Shown in pieces: positions 37,776-47,408 of a stretch of DNA of 64,000 nucleotides. A program made the translations under genes and the position numbers. Under the pieces are notes generated by a model. It saw only the letters and a program-made list of their open reading frames with translations, ran no database searches and was not told where the DNA came from. Source of the stretch: Cloacibacterium sp. Lineage in GTDB: Bacteria > Bacteroidota > Bacteroidia > Flavobacteriales > Weeksellaceae. Each line of letters begins with the position of its first letter. The stretch's first letter is position 1. The stretch is taken from contig NZ_JASGJD010000001.1 of assembly GCF_047601505.1 (NCBI RefSeq), forward strand, positions 2,621,427-2,685,426, written 5' to 3'.

Positions 37776-38816
37776 ATGATTATAGAAAATTTTTTACCAC
37801 AAGGCGGTCATCATTGCATCACGAATTCTTTAAAACAGATTTTTGAGTTTAATAATTATCCTATAAGCGAACCAATGCTACTAGGATTAGGTTCTGGTTT
37901 AGGATTTGTGTATATTAATCTGGCAAATTCTCCAATGATTGCCGGAAGAGAAAAAATTGGTGTTTACGAAACTAATCTTGAAAACAGAACCGGAATAAAA
38001 ATCAGGATAAAAACACCTAAAAATGAAGAAATTGCACATGAAAAATTATTAATTTCCATCGAAAACAAAACCCCAATTTTAGTTTATGTTGACATGCCAT
38101 ATTTAAACTACCTCAATATGCAAAACAACGGTCATTTCGGCGGTCATTCTATTGTGGTTTTTGGGGTTGATAAAGAAGAAAAATGCTTTTATATTTCGGA
38201 TAGAGACAGTTCAAATTGGAAAATCCATACCCCAAAAGGAAAAATTGGCGCTGATTTTCACAAAGTTACATTTGAAGAATTAATGCAAGCTCGTAATTCA
38301 TCTCACAGACCTTTCCCAGCGAATAACAAATGGGTAGATTTTGATTTTTCAAATGCTAAATCTATAGATAAAAAAGCCATTTTTGATGCCATCCGTTTAA
38401 ATACAGATAATATGTTAGATTCTCCGGCAAATCTTTTGGGAATAAAAGGAATAAGAAAATTTGCCTATGAAACCAAAAAATGGTTAAAATTTGATGATGA
38501 TAAAAAAAGACTCACCGGAATAACCAATTATTTCATGATTAGTGCTGATGGTGGAACTGGAGGTGGAATTTTCAGAAAAATGTATGGAGAATTTTTACAA
38601 GAATCGTCTGAAGTAACAAAAAATAAAGAACTTTTTGCAATTGGAACCGAATTTCTTAAAATAAGCGAAATGTGGAACAACATAGCCAATCTGCTGATGG
38701 AATTGTATGAAACTGGTAAAGATTCTATAATCCAAAATTTATCCACTTATATTATAGAAATCGCAGACAAAGAAGAGGCAGAATTTAAACAATTGAGAAT
38801 AATTACAAACTCATAA
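37776..38816 (+). CDS. BtrH_N (butirosin BtrH-like, papain/C39-like fold) + DUF4872 domain protein
   Basis: MIIENFLPQGGHHCITNSLKQIFEFNNYPISEPMLLGLGSGLGFVY is the typical BtrH_N start. The C-terminal half looks like DUF4872. The ORF-track start at 37770 is TTG; the first ATG is at 37776. Confidence 0.75.
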   Translation: MIIENFLPQGGHHCITNSLKQIFEFNNYPISEPMLLGLGSGLGFVYINLANSPMIAGREKIGVYETNLENRTGIKIRIKTPKNEEIAHEKLLISIENKTPILVYVDMPYLNYLNMQNNGHFGGHSIVVFGVDKEEKCFYISDRDSSNWKIHTPKGKIGADFHKVTFEELMQARNSSHRPFPANNKWVDFDFSNAKSIDKKAIFDAIRLNTDNMLDSPANLLGIKGIRKFAYETKKWLKFDDDKKRLTGITNYFMISADGGTGGGIFRKMYGEFLQESSEVTKNKELFAIGTEFLKISEMWNNIANLLMELYETGKDSIIQNLSTYIIEIADKEEAEFKQLRIITNS

Positions 38817-38867
38817 ATCTGCTAAAATACAACACCACAAACAAAGAAAACTCAACAATTCAATACT

Positions 38868-39104
38868 ATGAAAACAAAACTTTTCCTAATTTTGCTCTTT
38901 ACATCTCATCTGGTTTTTTGTCAAATCAATGTAAATCCCGAAAGTAATTCTGTAAGCAATACCATTACCAAAGGAGGTATAGGATTGGGTTCTGTATTAG
39001 CAATTGTTCTTTCTTGGGACAGAAATAAATCTATATTACTTGCTATTCTACACGGAATTTTCAGTTGGTTTTATGTTATCTATTTTGCAATTACTAGAAA
39101 ATGA
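38868..39104 (+). CDS. Small membrane protein (N-terminal signal/TM + two C-terminal TM segments)
   Basis: 78 aa: MKTKLFLILLFTSHLVFCQ...TKGGIGLGSVLAIVLSWDRNKSILLAILHGIFSWFYVIYFAITRK. It starts 51 nt after the BtrH-like gene. Confidence 0.55.
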   Translation: MKTKLFLILLFTSHLVFCQINVNPESNSVSNTITKGGIGLGSVLAIVLSWDRNKSILLAILHGIFSWFYVIYFAITRK

Positions 39105-39139
39105 AAAATAAATAAAGTTATCACTCCTTAAAATAATAA

Positions 39140-39862
39140 ATGAAAATATACCCTTTAAAAGACGGAAACTTTTACGTTAACAAGAATAAAGATTTTTATA
39201 ACCTCAACGATGCTGAAGGCTTAAAAGGTATAAAACTAGCTGTACAATCTTTTTTAATAGAAACAAGCAACCAATTAATTCTTTTAGATGCAGGAAATGG
39301 CTTCAAAGAAAACGGAAAGCCCAAAATATTGAGCAATATTGAAGCAGTTGGCTTAAATCCAGAAAAAATAAACAAAATTTTACTTTCTCATTTACACAAA
39401 GACCACATTGATGGTTTGGTGAATAGAACAATGGAAGGCTGGGTTCTCAATTTCCCGAATTCAGAAATTTATCTTCAGAAAAGAGAATACGATTTTGCAA
39501 TGACTAATGCAGGAAATCCGTCTTATGATTTAGCCATTCTTCAATTTATTATTAAAAATGCCAAAATTATCTGGATGGAAGAAGACAATGGCTACATTTC
39601 TAATGAAATAAGATTTCAAGTTTCAGGAGGTCACAGCCCTTTTCATCAATCTTTTTGGATAGAAGAAAATAGCGAAATTGTTTTTTATGGAGCCGACAAC
39701 TTGCCTACAGAATATTATTTAACCCATCATTTGGCATATAAAACAGATTTTGACGGCAAAAAAGCTTTGGAAAACCGACAAAAATGGGCTCAAAAAGCTC
39801 AGGAAGAACATTGGAAAATTCTACTTTATCACGATATGAAAAAAGCAATTTTAGAATTTTAA
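39140..39862 (+). CDS. MBL-fold metallo-hydrolase
   Basis: 240 aa with the metallo-beta-lactamase motif LSHLHKDHIDG and downstream His/Asp ligands. Confidence 0.88.
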   Translation: MKIYPLKDGNFYVNKNKDFYNLNDAEGLKGIKLAVQSFLIETSNQLILLDAGNGFKENGKPKILSNIEAVGLNPEKINKILLSHLHKDHIDGLVNRTMEGWVLNFPNSEIYLQKREYDFAMTNAGNPSYDLAILQFIIKNAKIIWMEEDNGYISNEIRFQVSGGHSPFHQSFWIEENSEIVFYGADNLPTEYYLTHHLAYKTDFDGKKALENRQKWAQKAQEEHWKILLYHDMKKAILEF

Positions 39863-39922
39863 ACCTCTAAAAGTACAATTTTCAATCAATTTTTTTTCAA
39901 GAAATTAAATTTGAAAATTCCA

Positions 39923-40756
39923 TTAATTTTTGAATGATTTTTTATATTCGCTAGGGCTAATGCCTTTGTATTTTTTGAAAATTCTATTGAGATGACTGGC
40001 ATCGCTAAAACCTAATTCGTGAACAATTTCGTTAATCTGCATATCTGTAAATTTCAATCTGGTTTCAATTAATTTTAGTTTATAATCTATGATATACTCT
40101 TGCAAACTTTGTCCGATTTGAGCTTTAAAATATTCACTAATATAATTAGAAGAAATACCAAAATGCTTTGCCAAAACCTCAGCTTTTAACATTTTAGGTT
40201 CATAAATATTTTGATGAATATAATTGAGCAAAGGCAATGCGTTTTCTGATTTACCATTTTCTGAGGTAGATAAAGGCAACTGCACTATATTTCTGGCAGC
40301 AATGGTAATAATGGTATTTATTAATTGTTTTATAACTTCTTGTTGCTGTGGCTGATGATTAACGTGTTCTCTGATAAGAGCTTCTACTAAGGCTCTTACT
40401 AAAGGTTTATCTGTAATTGTTTTTAAAATACAACTAGGAGAATGATTGTGATTATGAAAAATAAATTCCAACTTTTGAACCCATTCTTTACTCTGCGTTT
40501 TTAGATAAGTTTCATTAAACCTAATGAAAAAAAATTTACTTGGTAATGTTACTTCAAAAGAATGTGTATCTTGCGGAAAAATCAGAAAAAGTTTATCACT
40601 ACAATATGGTAATCTATGATTATTAATGATTTGAGTACCTTTTCCATTTAAAACAAACACCATTTCGAAAAAAGTATTTTTGTGCTGTTGAGATTCATAA
40701 TCGGTAACTTCTACCAAATCTAACTCAAAAGGTTGGTGCAAATTTCTTATTTCCAT
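39923..40756 (-). CDS. AraC-family transcriptional regulator
   Basis: 277 aa with an N-terminal cupin-like sensor and a C-terminal double HTH (...FGISSNYISEYFK...HELGFSDASHLNRIFKKYKGISPSEY). Confidence 0.92.
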   Translation of the reverse strand: MEIRNLHQPFELDLVEVTDYESQQHKNTFFEMVFVLNGKGTQIINNHRLPYCSDKLFLIFPQDTHSFEVTLPSKFFFIRFNETYLKTQSKEWVQKLEFIFHNHNHSPSCILKTITDKPLVRALVEALIREHVNHQPQQQEVIKQLINTIITIAARNIVQLPLSTSENGKSENALPLLNYIHQNIYEPKMLKAEVLAKHFGISSNYISEYFKAQIGQSLQEYIIDYKLKLIETRLKFTDMQINEIVHELGFSDASHLNRIFKKYKGISPSEYKKSFKN

Positions 40757-40937
40757 ACTTACAAATATACAAATACTCCCAATAATTATACAACAAAAGC
40801 AAAATTGTTATTTGTAATTTTGTATCGAAAAAGTGAAAAATGAATAAGTTAGAATATTTCTTATTATGCCTTTCTGTGGCATTATCAAAAAAACACCTTT
40901 TCATTAAATTATAGATTAAGAAAATTTTTATTGAAGA

Positions 40938-42131
40938 ATGATTGATAAAAGAATGTTGCCGTTAGCTGTAGGCGGTTTAGGAATTGGAACTACGGAATTT
41001 ACAATCATGGGATTGTTACCAGATATTGCAAATGCTTTACACGTTAGCATTCCGCAAGCTGGACATTTTATTTCGGCTTATGCCTTGGGAGTTGTAATAG
41101 GTGCACCTGTGTTAGTGGGATATTCGGTAAAACATCCTCCCAAAAAAGTACTCATGTGGCTAATGGTTTTGTTTACCATTTTTAATGCTTTATCTGCAAT
41201 AGCTCCCAATTATACCTCGATGCTTTTTGTAAGATTTCTTTCGGGGCTTCCGCACGGAGCATTTTTTGGAGTAAGTACAGTAGTAGCAACAAGATTAGCA
41301 GAAAAAGGTAAAGAAGCAAGGTTTATTTCTCTAGTGTTTTCGGGACTTACGATTGCTAATCTTGCAATGGTGCCTTTGGTTACTTATATTGGGCATACCT
41401 TTCATTGGAGTTTATATTTTATTATAGTGGCGATTATTGGCGCTATAACCATCTTACTGATTCACTTATGGCTACCAGAAATGGAAGGAAAAAAGAATGG
41501 ACATTTTACTAATGAGCTTCATTTTATAAAAAATCCTCAAAGTTGGTACATCTTACTTATTACCGCTATTGGATTTGGAGGCTTGTTTACTTGGCTAAGT
41601 TACATCACTCCGTTAATGACAGAAGTATCTCACATTTCGGAAAATAATATACCCTACGTAATGATTTTGGCTGGAGCCGGGATGGTAGTAGGAAATTTAC
41701 TTGGCGGTTACCTTACAGATAGAATTGGAGTATCAAAAGCCAGCATTACATTACTCTTTTTAATGATGTTAACATTAATTTGTGTATTCTTTTTATCATC
41801 AAACAAAGCAATTTCTTTGGTACTTACATTCTTGTGTGGAGGTTTATCAATGTCTTTGTCGCCCCCAGTCAATATTATGATGATAAAAGCTGCACCAAAT
41901 GCAGAGATGATGTCTGCAGCCTTTATGCAAGCCGCTTTCAATATTGCTAATGCAGCAGGAGCTTATCTTGGGGGAATCCCTCTAACACTAGGATTTTCCT
42001 ATTCTTATCCATCACTTGTAGGAGTTGGAATGACATTAACAGGTCTAATAATTTGCGTAGCTTATGTATCAAAATACAATAAGCTTAATTTAATAACAAT
42101 TAAAAATAAAAGTTATGACAGAAAAAATTAA
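40938..42131 (+). CDS. MFS transporter (12 TM; AraJ/YdhP-like efflux type)
   Basis: 397 aa, polytopic, with the MFS motif in loop 2-3. It is divergent from the AraC gene. Confidence 0.9.
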   Translation: MIDKRMLPLAVGGLGIGTTEFTIMGLLPDIANALHVSIPQAGHFISAYALGVVIGAPVLVGYSVKHPPKKVLMWLMVLFTIFNALSAIAPNYTSMLFVRFLSGLPHGAFFGVSTVVATRLAEKGKEARFISLVFSGLTIANLAMVPLVTYIGHTFHWSLYFIIVAIIGAITILLIHLWLPEMEGKKNGHFTNELHFIKNPQSWYILLITAIGFGGLFTWLSYITPLMTEVSHISENNIPYVMILAGAGMVVGNLLGGYLTDRIGVSKASITLLFLMMLTLICVFFLSSNKAISLVLTFLCGGLSMSLSPPVNIMMIKAAPNAEMMSAAFMQAAFNIANAAGAYLGGIPLTLGFSYSYPSLVGVGMTLTGLIICVAYVSKYNKLNLITIKNKSYDRKN

Positions 42132-43062
42132 AATTCATAACACAGATTTAGAAGTTAGCCGAATTAATTTTGGTGGAAACGTTTTTGGTTGGACTCTAGA
42201 CGAAAAACAATCTTTTGAAATCTTAGACGCTTTAGTTGAGAAAAACTTCAATTTTATTGATACAGCAGATACTTATCCTTGGTGGGTAAACGGAAAAGGT
42301 GGTTTATCGGAAGCCATTATCGGAAAATGGATGAAAGAAAGAAACAATCGTAATCAATTGGTAATTGCAACAAAAGTAGGCTCTGAAACCAAAGAACATG
42401 GTTTTGATGTGAGTAAAAAACACATTTTAAAATCTGTTGACGAAAGTTTACAACGCTTACAGACAGACCATATCGATTTATATTACACTCATTTTGACGA
42501 TAACAAAACGCCATTAGAAGAAACACTTTCAGCTTATGACGAAATTGTAAAAGCTGGAAAAGTGAGATACATTGCTGCTTCTAACGTTTCGCCAGAAAGA
42601 TTAATAGAATCTTTTGAAGTTTCAGAAAAGAACAATTTTGTAAAATATGTAGCACTTCAACCTCATTATAATTTGGTAGAAAGAACAAAATACGAAACCG
42701 AATATTTACCAATTGTAGAAAAATTTGGATTAAGCGTTTTCCCGTATTGGGCTTTGGCAGCAGGTTTTCTTACTGGGAAATATCGTAACGAAGCAGATTT
42801 AGGCAAAAGCGTTCGTGGTGGCGGAGCTCAAAAATATTTGAATGAAAAAGGTTTATCCGTTTTAGCGTCTTTAGACAGTATTGCTGAAAAACATGATACT
42901 CAACAAGCAGCCGTTGCACTAGCCTGGCTTTTGGCACAACCTAATATTGGAGCTGCAATTGCTAGTGCTACTTCTAAATCCCAATTAGCAACCTTATTTG
43001 AAGCAACTGAACTAAAATTAGACAAAGAAGACCTTAATTTATTAGACCAAAAAAGTAAATAA
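42115..43062 (+). CDS. Aldo/keto reductase
   Basis: 315 aa: ...GGNVFGWT...FIDTADTY...LQTDHIDLYYTH.... It overlaps the MFS gene by 17 nt. Confidence 0.93.
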   Translation: MTEKIKIHNTDLEVSRINFGGNVFGWTLDEKQSFEILDALVEKNFNFIDTADTYPWWVNGKGGLSEAIIGKWMKERNNRNQLVIATKVGSETKEHGFDVSKKHILKSVDESLQRLQTDHIDLYYTHFDDNKTPLEETLSAYDEIVKAGKVRYIAASNVSPERLIESFEVSEKNNFVKYVALQPHYNLVERTKYETEYLPIVEKFGLSVFPYWALAAGFLTGKYRNEADLGKSVRGGGAQKYLNEKGLSVLASLDSIAEKHDTQQAAVALAWLLAQPNIGAAIASATSKSQLATLFEATELKLDKEDLNLLDQKSK

Positions 43063-43101
43063 TTCAAAGAAAAAAATTGAATTCTAGCCTAATATAACTA
43101 T

Positions 43102-43137
43102 AAAGACAAATGCAAAAATCTGCATTTGTCTTTTATT
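43102..43137 (+). terminator. Rho-independent terminator
   Basis: aaagacaaatgca-aaaatc-tgcatttgtcttttattt. Confidence 0.75.
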
Positions 43138-43194
43138 TATTCAAATTTTACTTAAATAAATTTTTTAGTTTAAATTCACATCAATTAAAATAAA

Positions 43195-43824
43195 ATGAAA
43201 ATACTAGATATAGAAAATTGGAAAAGAAAAGAACATTACGAGTTTTTTTCTAAAATGGCAAGTCCGTATTTTGGAATTACAGCAGAAGTAGATTGCACCA
43301 AAGCCTACGAAAAAGCCAAAGAAAAAGGAATTTCTTTTTTCTCTTACTATCTTCACAAGTCTATGATTGCAGTAAACTCTGTAGAAGAATTAAAATTGAG
43401 AATTATTGATAATCAAGTTGTTTTATTCGACACCATTCATGCAGGAGCAACAATAGGAAGAAATGACGGTACTTTTGGATTTATTTTCGCAAATTTTTCA
43501 AACAATTTTGAAGAATTTAATTCAGAAATTCAAAAAGAAATAGAAGCTGTGCATCAGTCTTCAGGTTTACGATTGAATAATGATGACATAAAGAAAAATT
43601 TGATTCGACACTCTACCCTTCCTTGGACCCATTTTACAAGTTTGCTCCATCCCACCAATTTTGACAGAACAGAATCTGTTCCTAAAATCACTTTTGGTAA
43701 ATTTAGCATTAGAAATGACAAAAAATATCTACCTGTTTCTGTAGAAGCTCATCATGGTTTGGCAGACGGTCTTCATCTTTCTCAATATTTTAATGAATTT
43801 CAAAAACAACTCGATTCCGAGTAA
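43195..43824 (+). CDS. Type-A chloramphenicol O-acetyltransferase (CAT) family protein
   Basis: 209 aa. WKRKEHYEFF matches the CAT WHRKEHFEAF. PWTHFTS matches NPWVSFTS. The catalytic-His region VSVEAHHGLADGLH matches IQVHHAVCDGFH. Confidence 0.8.
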   Translation: MKILDIENWKRKEHYEFFSKMASPYFGITAEVDCTKAYEKAKEKGISFFSYYLHKSMIAVNSVEELKLRIIDNQVVLFDTIHAGATIGRNDGTFGFIFANFSNNFEEFNSEIQKEIEAVHQSSGLRLNNDDIKKNLIRHSTLPWTHFTSLLHPTNFDRTESVPKITFGKFSIRNDKKYLPVSVEAHHGLADGLHLSQYFNEFQKQLDSE

Positions 43825-43891
43825 GCAAAAATTAAAAAATAACCTCAAAAAGCAACATTACATCACTAATTGAGGCACTTAAAACAATTTC

Positions 43892-43929
43892 AAAAAAGGC
43901 AAAACCAATGAATCAATTTTGCCTTTTTA
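43892..43929. terminator. Bidirectional terminator between convergent genes
   Basis: aaaaaaggcaaaa-N12-ttttgccttttta. Confidence 0.65.
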
Positions 43930-43944
43930 TTTATTGCTCTATAT

Positions 43945-44526
43945 CTAATCTTTTGCTATTTCTGTGTTCGCCCAAACGATAATATCGTCTCCTACTCCAC
44001 TTACAGCTGGAGCTTCGCCAACGCCAAAGTCTGTACGTTTTATTTTACCTTTAATTGTAAAACCTGCAGTATTTTTCTTAGACATTGTAACAGCCATACC
44101 GTTGTAAACTGCATCAAAAACTACAGGTTTTGTAATTCCGTGAATGGTAATATCTCCTTTTAATTTATATTGATTTCCTTTCACTTTTGTAAAAGAAGTA
44201 CTTTTGAAAACCAATGTAGGATATTTATCAGCATCAAACCAAGCACCACTTTTAAGGTCATTATCTCTGTATTCTACTTGTGTATTGATAGATTTAATAT
44301 CTGCTGTCATAAGGAAAGTAGCATCAGAAAAATCGCTTTTATCTGATTGAAAATCTACCGTAAATTTTTGAAATGCACCTTCAACCTGAGAAATGCCAAA
44401 GTGTGTTGCGCTAAAATGCAACTGAGAATGGTAAGGATCCATAGACCATTTTACAGGTACAAAAGGAGCAAATGACAACAATACCAATGATAAAATTGAC
44501 ATTGTTAAAATTATTCTTTTTTTCAT
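43945..44526 (-). CDS. YceI-family periplasmic (polyisoprenoid-binding-like) protein
   Basis: 193 aa with a signal peptide: ...DPYHSQLHFSATHFGISQVEGAF...ITIHGITKPV.... Confidence 0.9.
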   Translation of the reverse strand: MKKRIILTMSILSLVLLSFAPFVPVKWSMDPYHSQLHFSATHFGISQVEGAFQKFTVDFQSDKSDFSDATFLMTADIKSINTQVEYRDNDLKSGAWFDADKYPTLVFKSTSFTKVKGNQYKLKGDITIHGITKPVVFDAVYNGMAVTMSKKNTAGFTIKGKIKRTDFGVGEAPAVSGVGDDIIVWANTEIAKD

Positions 44527-44560
44527 GTTTTAAGTTTTAAGTATTAATATATTTTTAAAA

Positions 44561-45130
44561 TTATTTTGCCAAACCAATTTGTTTCATAAACGCCTGATTG
44601 TCCCAAAACAAATGCTCTTCGTACATTACGCCATCTTTCCAAAGTCCTATTGTACACATTGGTAATTTAAAAGATTTTCCTGTTGGCGGAATAGAAGTTC
44701 CATCTGCTAATTTCATGGGTTGAGAAAAAGTTCCTTCTAAAACACCTGTTACTGCGGTATATTCTCCAGAGCCAAAACGAATTGGGTGAACTTTAATTTT
44801 AGTATCTGGTGCAAATGTAAACATTGGTGCTAACTGAGCGATATGGTCTTCGATACCTACAGTTACACTACCATCAGGATACACTACTCTAATATTTTTC
44901 GCATGACTTTCGTGCAACCTGCTCCATTCTTGTTTGCTATAAATTACAAAGTCTAAAGTATCAAATTTTACTAAATTTTGCTCTGTTAATTTATTGGCTT
45001 TCAGAATTTCACTCATTTGTTTTTTAGAATCAGAAATTTGTTTTTTTGTTTGCGCATTAACCTGTAACACACTCATTAACAATACCATCAATGTTAATGT
45101 AATCGATTTTAAATTTTTCATCGTCTTCAC
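44561..45130 (-). CDS. SnoaL-like/ester cyclase family protein, secreted
   Basis: 189 aa with a signal peptide. The C-terminus PPTGKSFKLPMCTIGLWKDGVMYEEHLFWDNQAFMKQIGL matches the 'predicted ester cyclase' pattern. Confidence 0.7.
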   Translation of the reverse strand: MKTMKNLKSITLTLMVLLMSVLQVNAQTKKQISDSKKQMSEILKANKLTEQNLVKFDTLDFVIYSKQEWSRLHESHAKNIRVVYPDGSVTVGIEDHIAQLAPMFTFAPDTKIKVHPIRFGSGEYTAVTGVLEGTFSQPMKLADGTSIPPTGKSFKLPMCTIGLWKDGVMYEEHLFWDNQAFMKQIGLAK

Positions 45131-45214
45131 TTTTTTTTAATTGAAAATAACGATACAAAATTATAACGATTGAAAAGGTAAGCGGTATCAGATTTCGGAA
45201 GAAAGGTTGTAAAA

Positions 45215-46042
45215 TTAGGGCAAGAGTAATTTTCTCATCTCATCTCTGAATTCGGTAGGTGTAAATCCAGATTTTTTCTTAAAAACATTGGTAAAATATG
45301 CTTTTTCGTTATATCCCAATTCAAAACCAATTTCAGAAATCGTTTTATCTGAAGTGATGAGTAAGTTTTTTGCTTCTATTAATTTTCGGGTTTCAATAAT
45401 TTCAGAAACACTTTGTTCCATTATATTTTGGCAAATATGATTGAGATTTCTTGTTGACATAGAGAGTTTTTCTGCATAAAAATCTACACCAAAAGGTTCG
45501 CGAAAATGAAGTTCTAATTCGGATAAAAATTTTTTAAAAGATGTTTGCTGAATTTTAATAGTATCTTCATTATGTTTTTTCCTTTCGGTTTCTATCATTG
45601 TGAACATTGTGCTGAGCAATTGTCTTATAATAGCGTAGTTTATAGTTGGTTGTTGAGTTTCTTTATACATTAAATCGCATAAAATAAGCAATCTTTCAAA
45701 ACAAAAACCTTCTTCAAAAACAATCGTAGCGTTGTTATGATAGTAAGAATAAAGCTGAAAAGTAGATTCTGGCACAAATTCACTTTTAAATCGAATTGCC
45801 CAAATATCGCACTCTCCGTTCAAAGGTTTTGGGATTACTCTGTGAACTTTTCCTTTGGTAACGAAACTCACCAGAGGAGCTTTATAATTTTTGGCTTCAA
45901 AATCTATAAAATGCTCTACCTGTCCTTTGTTTACGATAATTAATTCTTCAAAATCATGATTATGAGGTTCACCAGGATGAGAAGCAATTTTAGAGGCTTC
46001 ATCTGCTGTTAACATAAACATGTGGAACAATTTATTCATCAT
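45215..46042 (-). CDS. AraC-family transcriptional regulator
   Basis: 275 aa with a cupin-like N-terminus (GEPHNHDFEELII) and an AraC HTH C-terminus (...GYNEKAYFTNVFKKKSGFTPTEF). Confidence 0.9.
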   Translation of the reverse strand: MMNKLFHMFMLTADEASKIASHPGEPHNHDFEELIIVNKGQVEHFIDFEAKNYKAPLVSFVTKGKVHRVIPKPLNGECDIWAIRFKSEFVPESTFQLYSYYHNNATIVFEEGFCFERLLILCDLMYKETQQPTINYAIIRQLLSTMFTMIETERKKHNEDTIKIQQTSFKKFLSELELHFREPFGVDFYAEKLSMSTRNLNHICQNIMEQSVSEIIETRKLIEAKNLLITSDKTISEIGFELGYNEKAYFTNVFKKKSGFTPTEFRDEMRKLLLP

Positions 46043-46231
46043 TTTAAAAGAATATCATTAAAAAAATTTGGAACGCTAATTTACTGAAAAAAAAATGAGT
46101 TTTTTTCGAGTCTTTTTAAGAACTATAAAACTATTAAAAATTGTCTCTTTTCATTTTCTGGAAAGAGGTTTTATTATGTTTTTTAGATTCTATTAAAAAT
46201 TTGTATTTTGGTTCATTATAAAAAGTATCTT

Positions 46232-46582
46232 ATGAAAAACGCCAGAGTCTATAAAATGTCTTTTGCGAGTGTATATCCACATTATTTACAAAAAGCAGAA
46301 AAGAAAGGCAGAACAAAAGAAGAGGTAAACGAAATTATCTTTTGGCTGACAGGCTACAATAATGATTCTTTAAAAAAAATATTAGACCATAAGATAGATT
46401 TTGAAACATTTTTCACCAATGCTCCAGAAATAAATCCTAATGCAAACAAAATAACCGGCGTAATCTGTGGATACAGAGTAGAAGAAATAGAAGAAGATTT
46501 AATGCAAAAAATTCGCTATTTAGACAAGCTAATAGACGAATTGGCAAAAGGAAAAGCGATGGATAAAATCCTTAGAAAATAA
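46232..46582 (+). CDS. DUF2200 domain-containing protein
   Basis: [42 protein letters not shown] is the typical DUF2200 start. The ORF-track start at 46208 is TTG; the first ATG is at 46232. Confidence 0.8.
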   Translation: MKNARVYKMSFASVYPHYLQKAEKKGRTKEEVNEIIFWLTGYNNDSLKKILDHKIDFETFFTNAPEINPNANKITGVICGYRVEEIEEDLMQKIRYLDKLIDELAKGKAMDKILRK

Positions 46583-46608
46583 AAAAAAGTCTCAAAAACT
46601 CGAGACTT
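46581..46608 (-). terminator. Weak hairpin + T8 (minus strand) after the 196-aa gene
   Basis: aagtctc-N8-gagactt with A8 on the + strand side. Confidence 0.4.
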
Positions 46609-46639
46609 TAATTAACAACTCAATTAAGATTACATAGTC

Positions 46640-47230
46640 TTATTTAACATAGAAAGTTTGTTTATAAACTTCTCCATTTTTTTCAACTCTAATCACATAA
46701 ACATCTGAAGCATCAGGATTTAAGTCAAAATTAATATTTAACTTTCCATCTTCTGGCGCTTGCACTTCATTGTAGTACACATAATCAGAAAGGTCGTAAA
46801 CAGAGATTTTCACTTTCCCTTTAAGATTATTCATACGTAAATTCACCACGTTTCCTTCTACGTTATATTCTGGCTTATCTAATTGCTCTACTGGGGTTTT
46901 GTCTAATAAAACTTCACCATTTTTGATGATAATTTTATATTTTTCAACTTTAAAATCCGATTCAGCAACTAAATAATAAGTACCTGAAGCTAAATTTTTA
47001 AAATTAAAATCTTTATTGTATACTGTATTGTTTATCTCTTCAGAATAAATCTCCCCTTCATTTTCGTTGTACACATATAAAGAAACATTTTTAGCATTTT
47101 CTAATCCTACATTAATTGTAGATGTAGTAACAGTCTCTAATGATACTAAATTATCATTATCCTTTGCGAAAGCAAGTGTTGAGAAAAAAGTAAATCCTGC
47201 AACAAATCCAATTTTTAATAAATTTTTCAT
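46640..47230 (-). CDS. Secreted protein with two tandem T9SS-CTD-like (Por_Secre_tail-like) beta-sandwich repeats
   Basis: 196 aa with a signal peptide. The repeats are ...AKNVSLYVYNENEGEIYSEEI...FNFKNLASGTYYLVAESDFKVEKYKIIIK and ...GKVKISVYDLSDYVYYNEV...DASDVYVIRVEKNGEVYKQTFYVK. Confidence 0.6.
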   Translation of the reverse strand: MKNLLKIGFVAGFTFFSTLAFAKDNDNLVSLETVTTSTINVGLENAKNVSLYVYNENEGEIYSEEINNTVYNKDFNFKNLASGTYYLVAESDFKVEKYKIIIKNGEVLLDKTPVEQLDKPEYNVEGNVVNLRMNNLKGKVKISVYDLSDYVYYNEVQAPEDGKLNINFDLNPDASDVYVIRVEKNGEVYKQTFYVK

Positions 47231-47408
47231 AATAAATAAGTTTTTTCGTTATCAATATTAATTCTGGGACAAAGATATGGCGACCAAATTGTAAATGTTA
47301 CAACACAATTCTCTTATACATGTACTATATTAACATAGCACATTTAATTAATTATTAACAAAAGTTAATATTAGATATAGTTTTTTTTCGTAAATTATTT
47401 GCCCAAAA

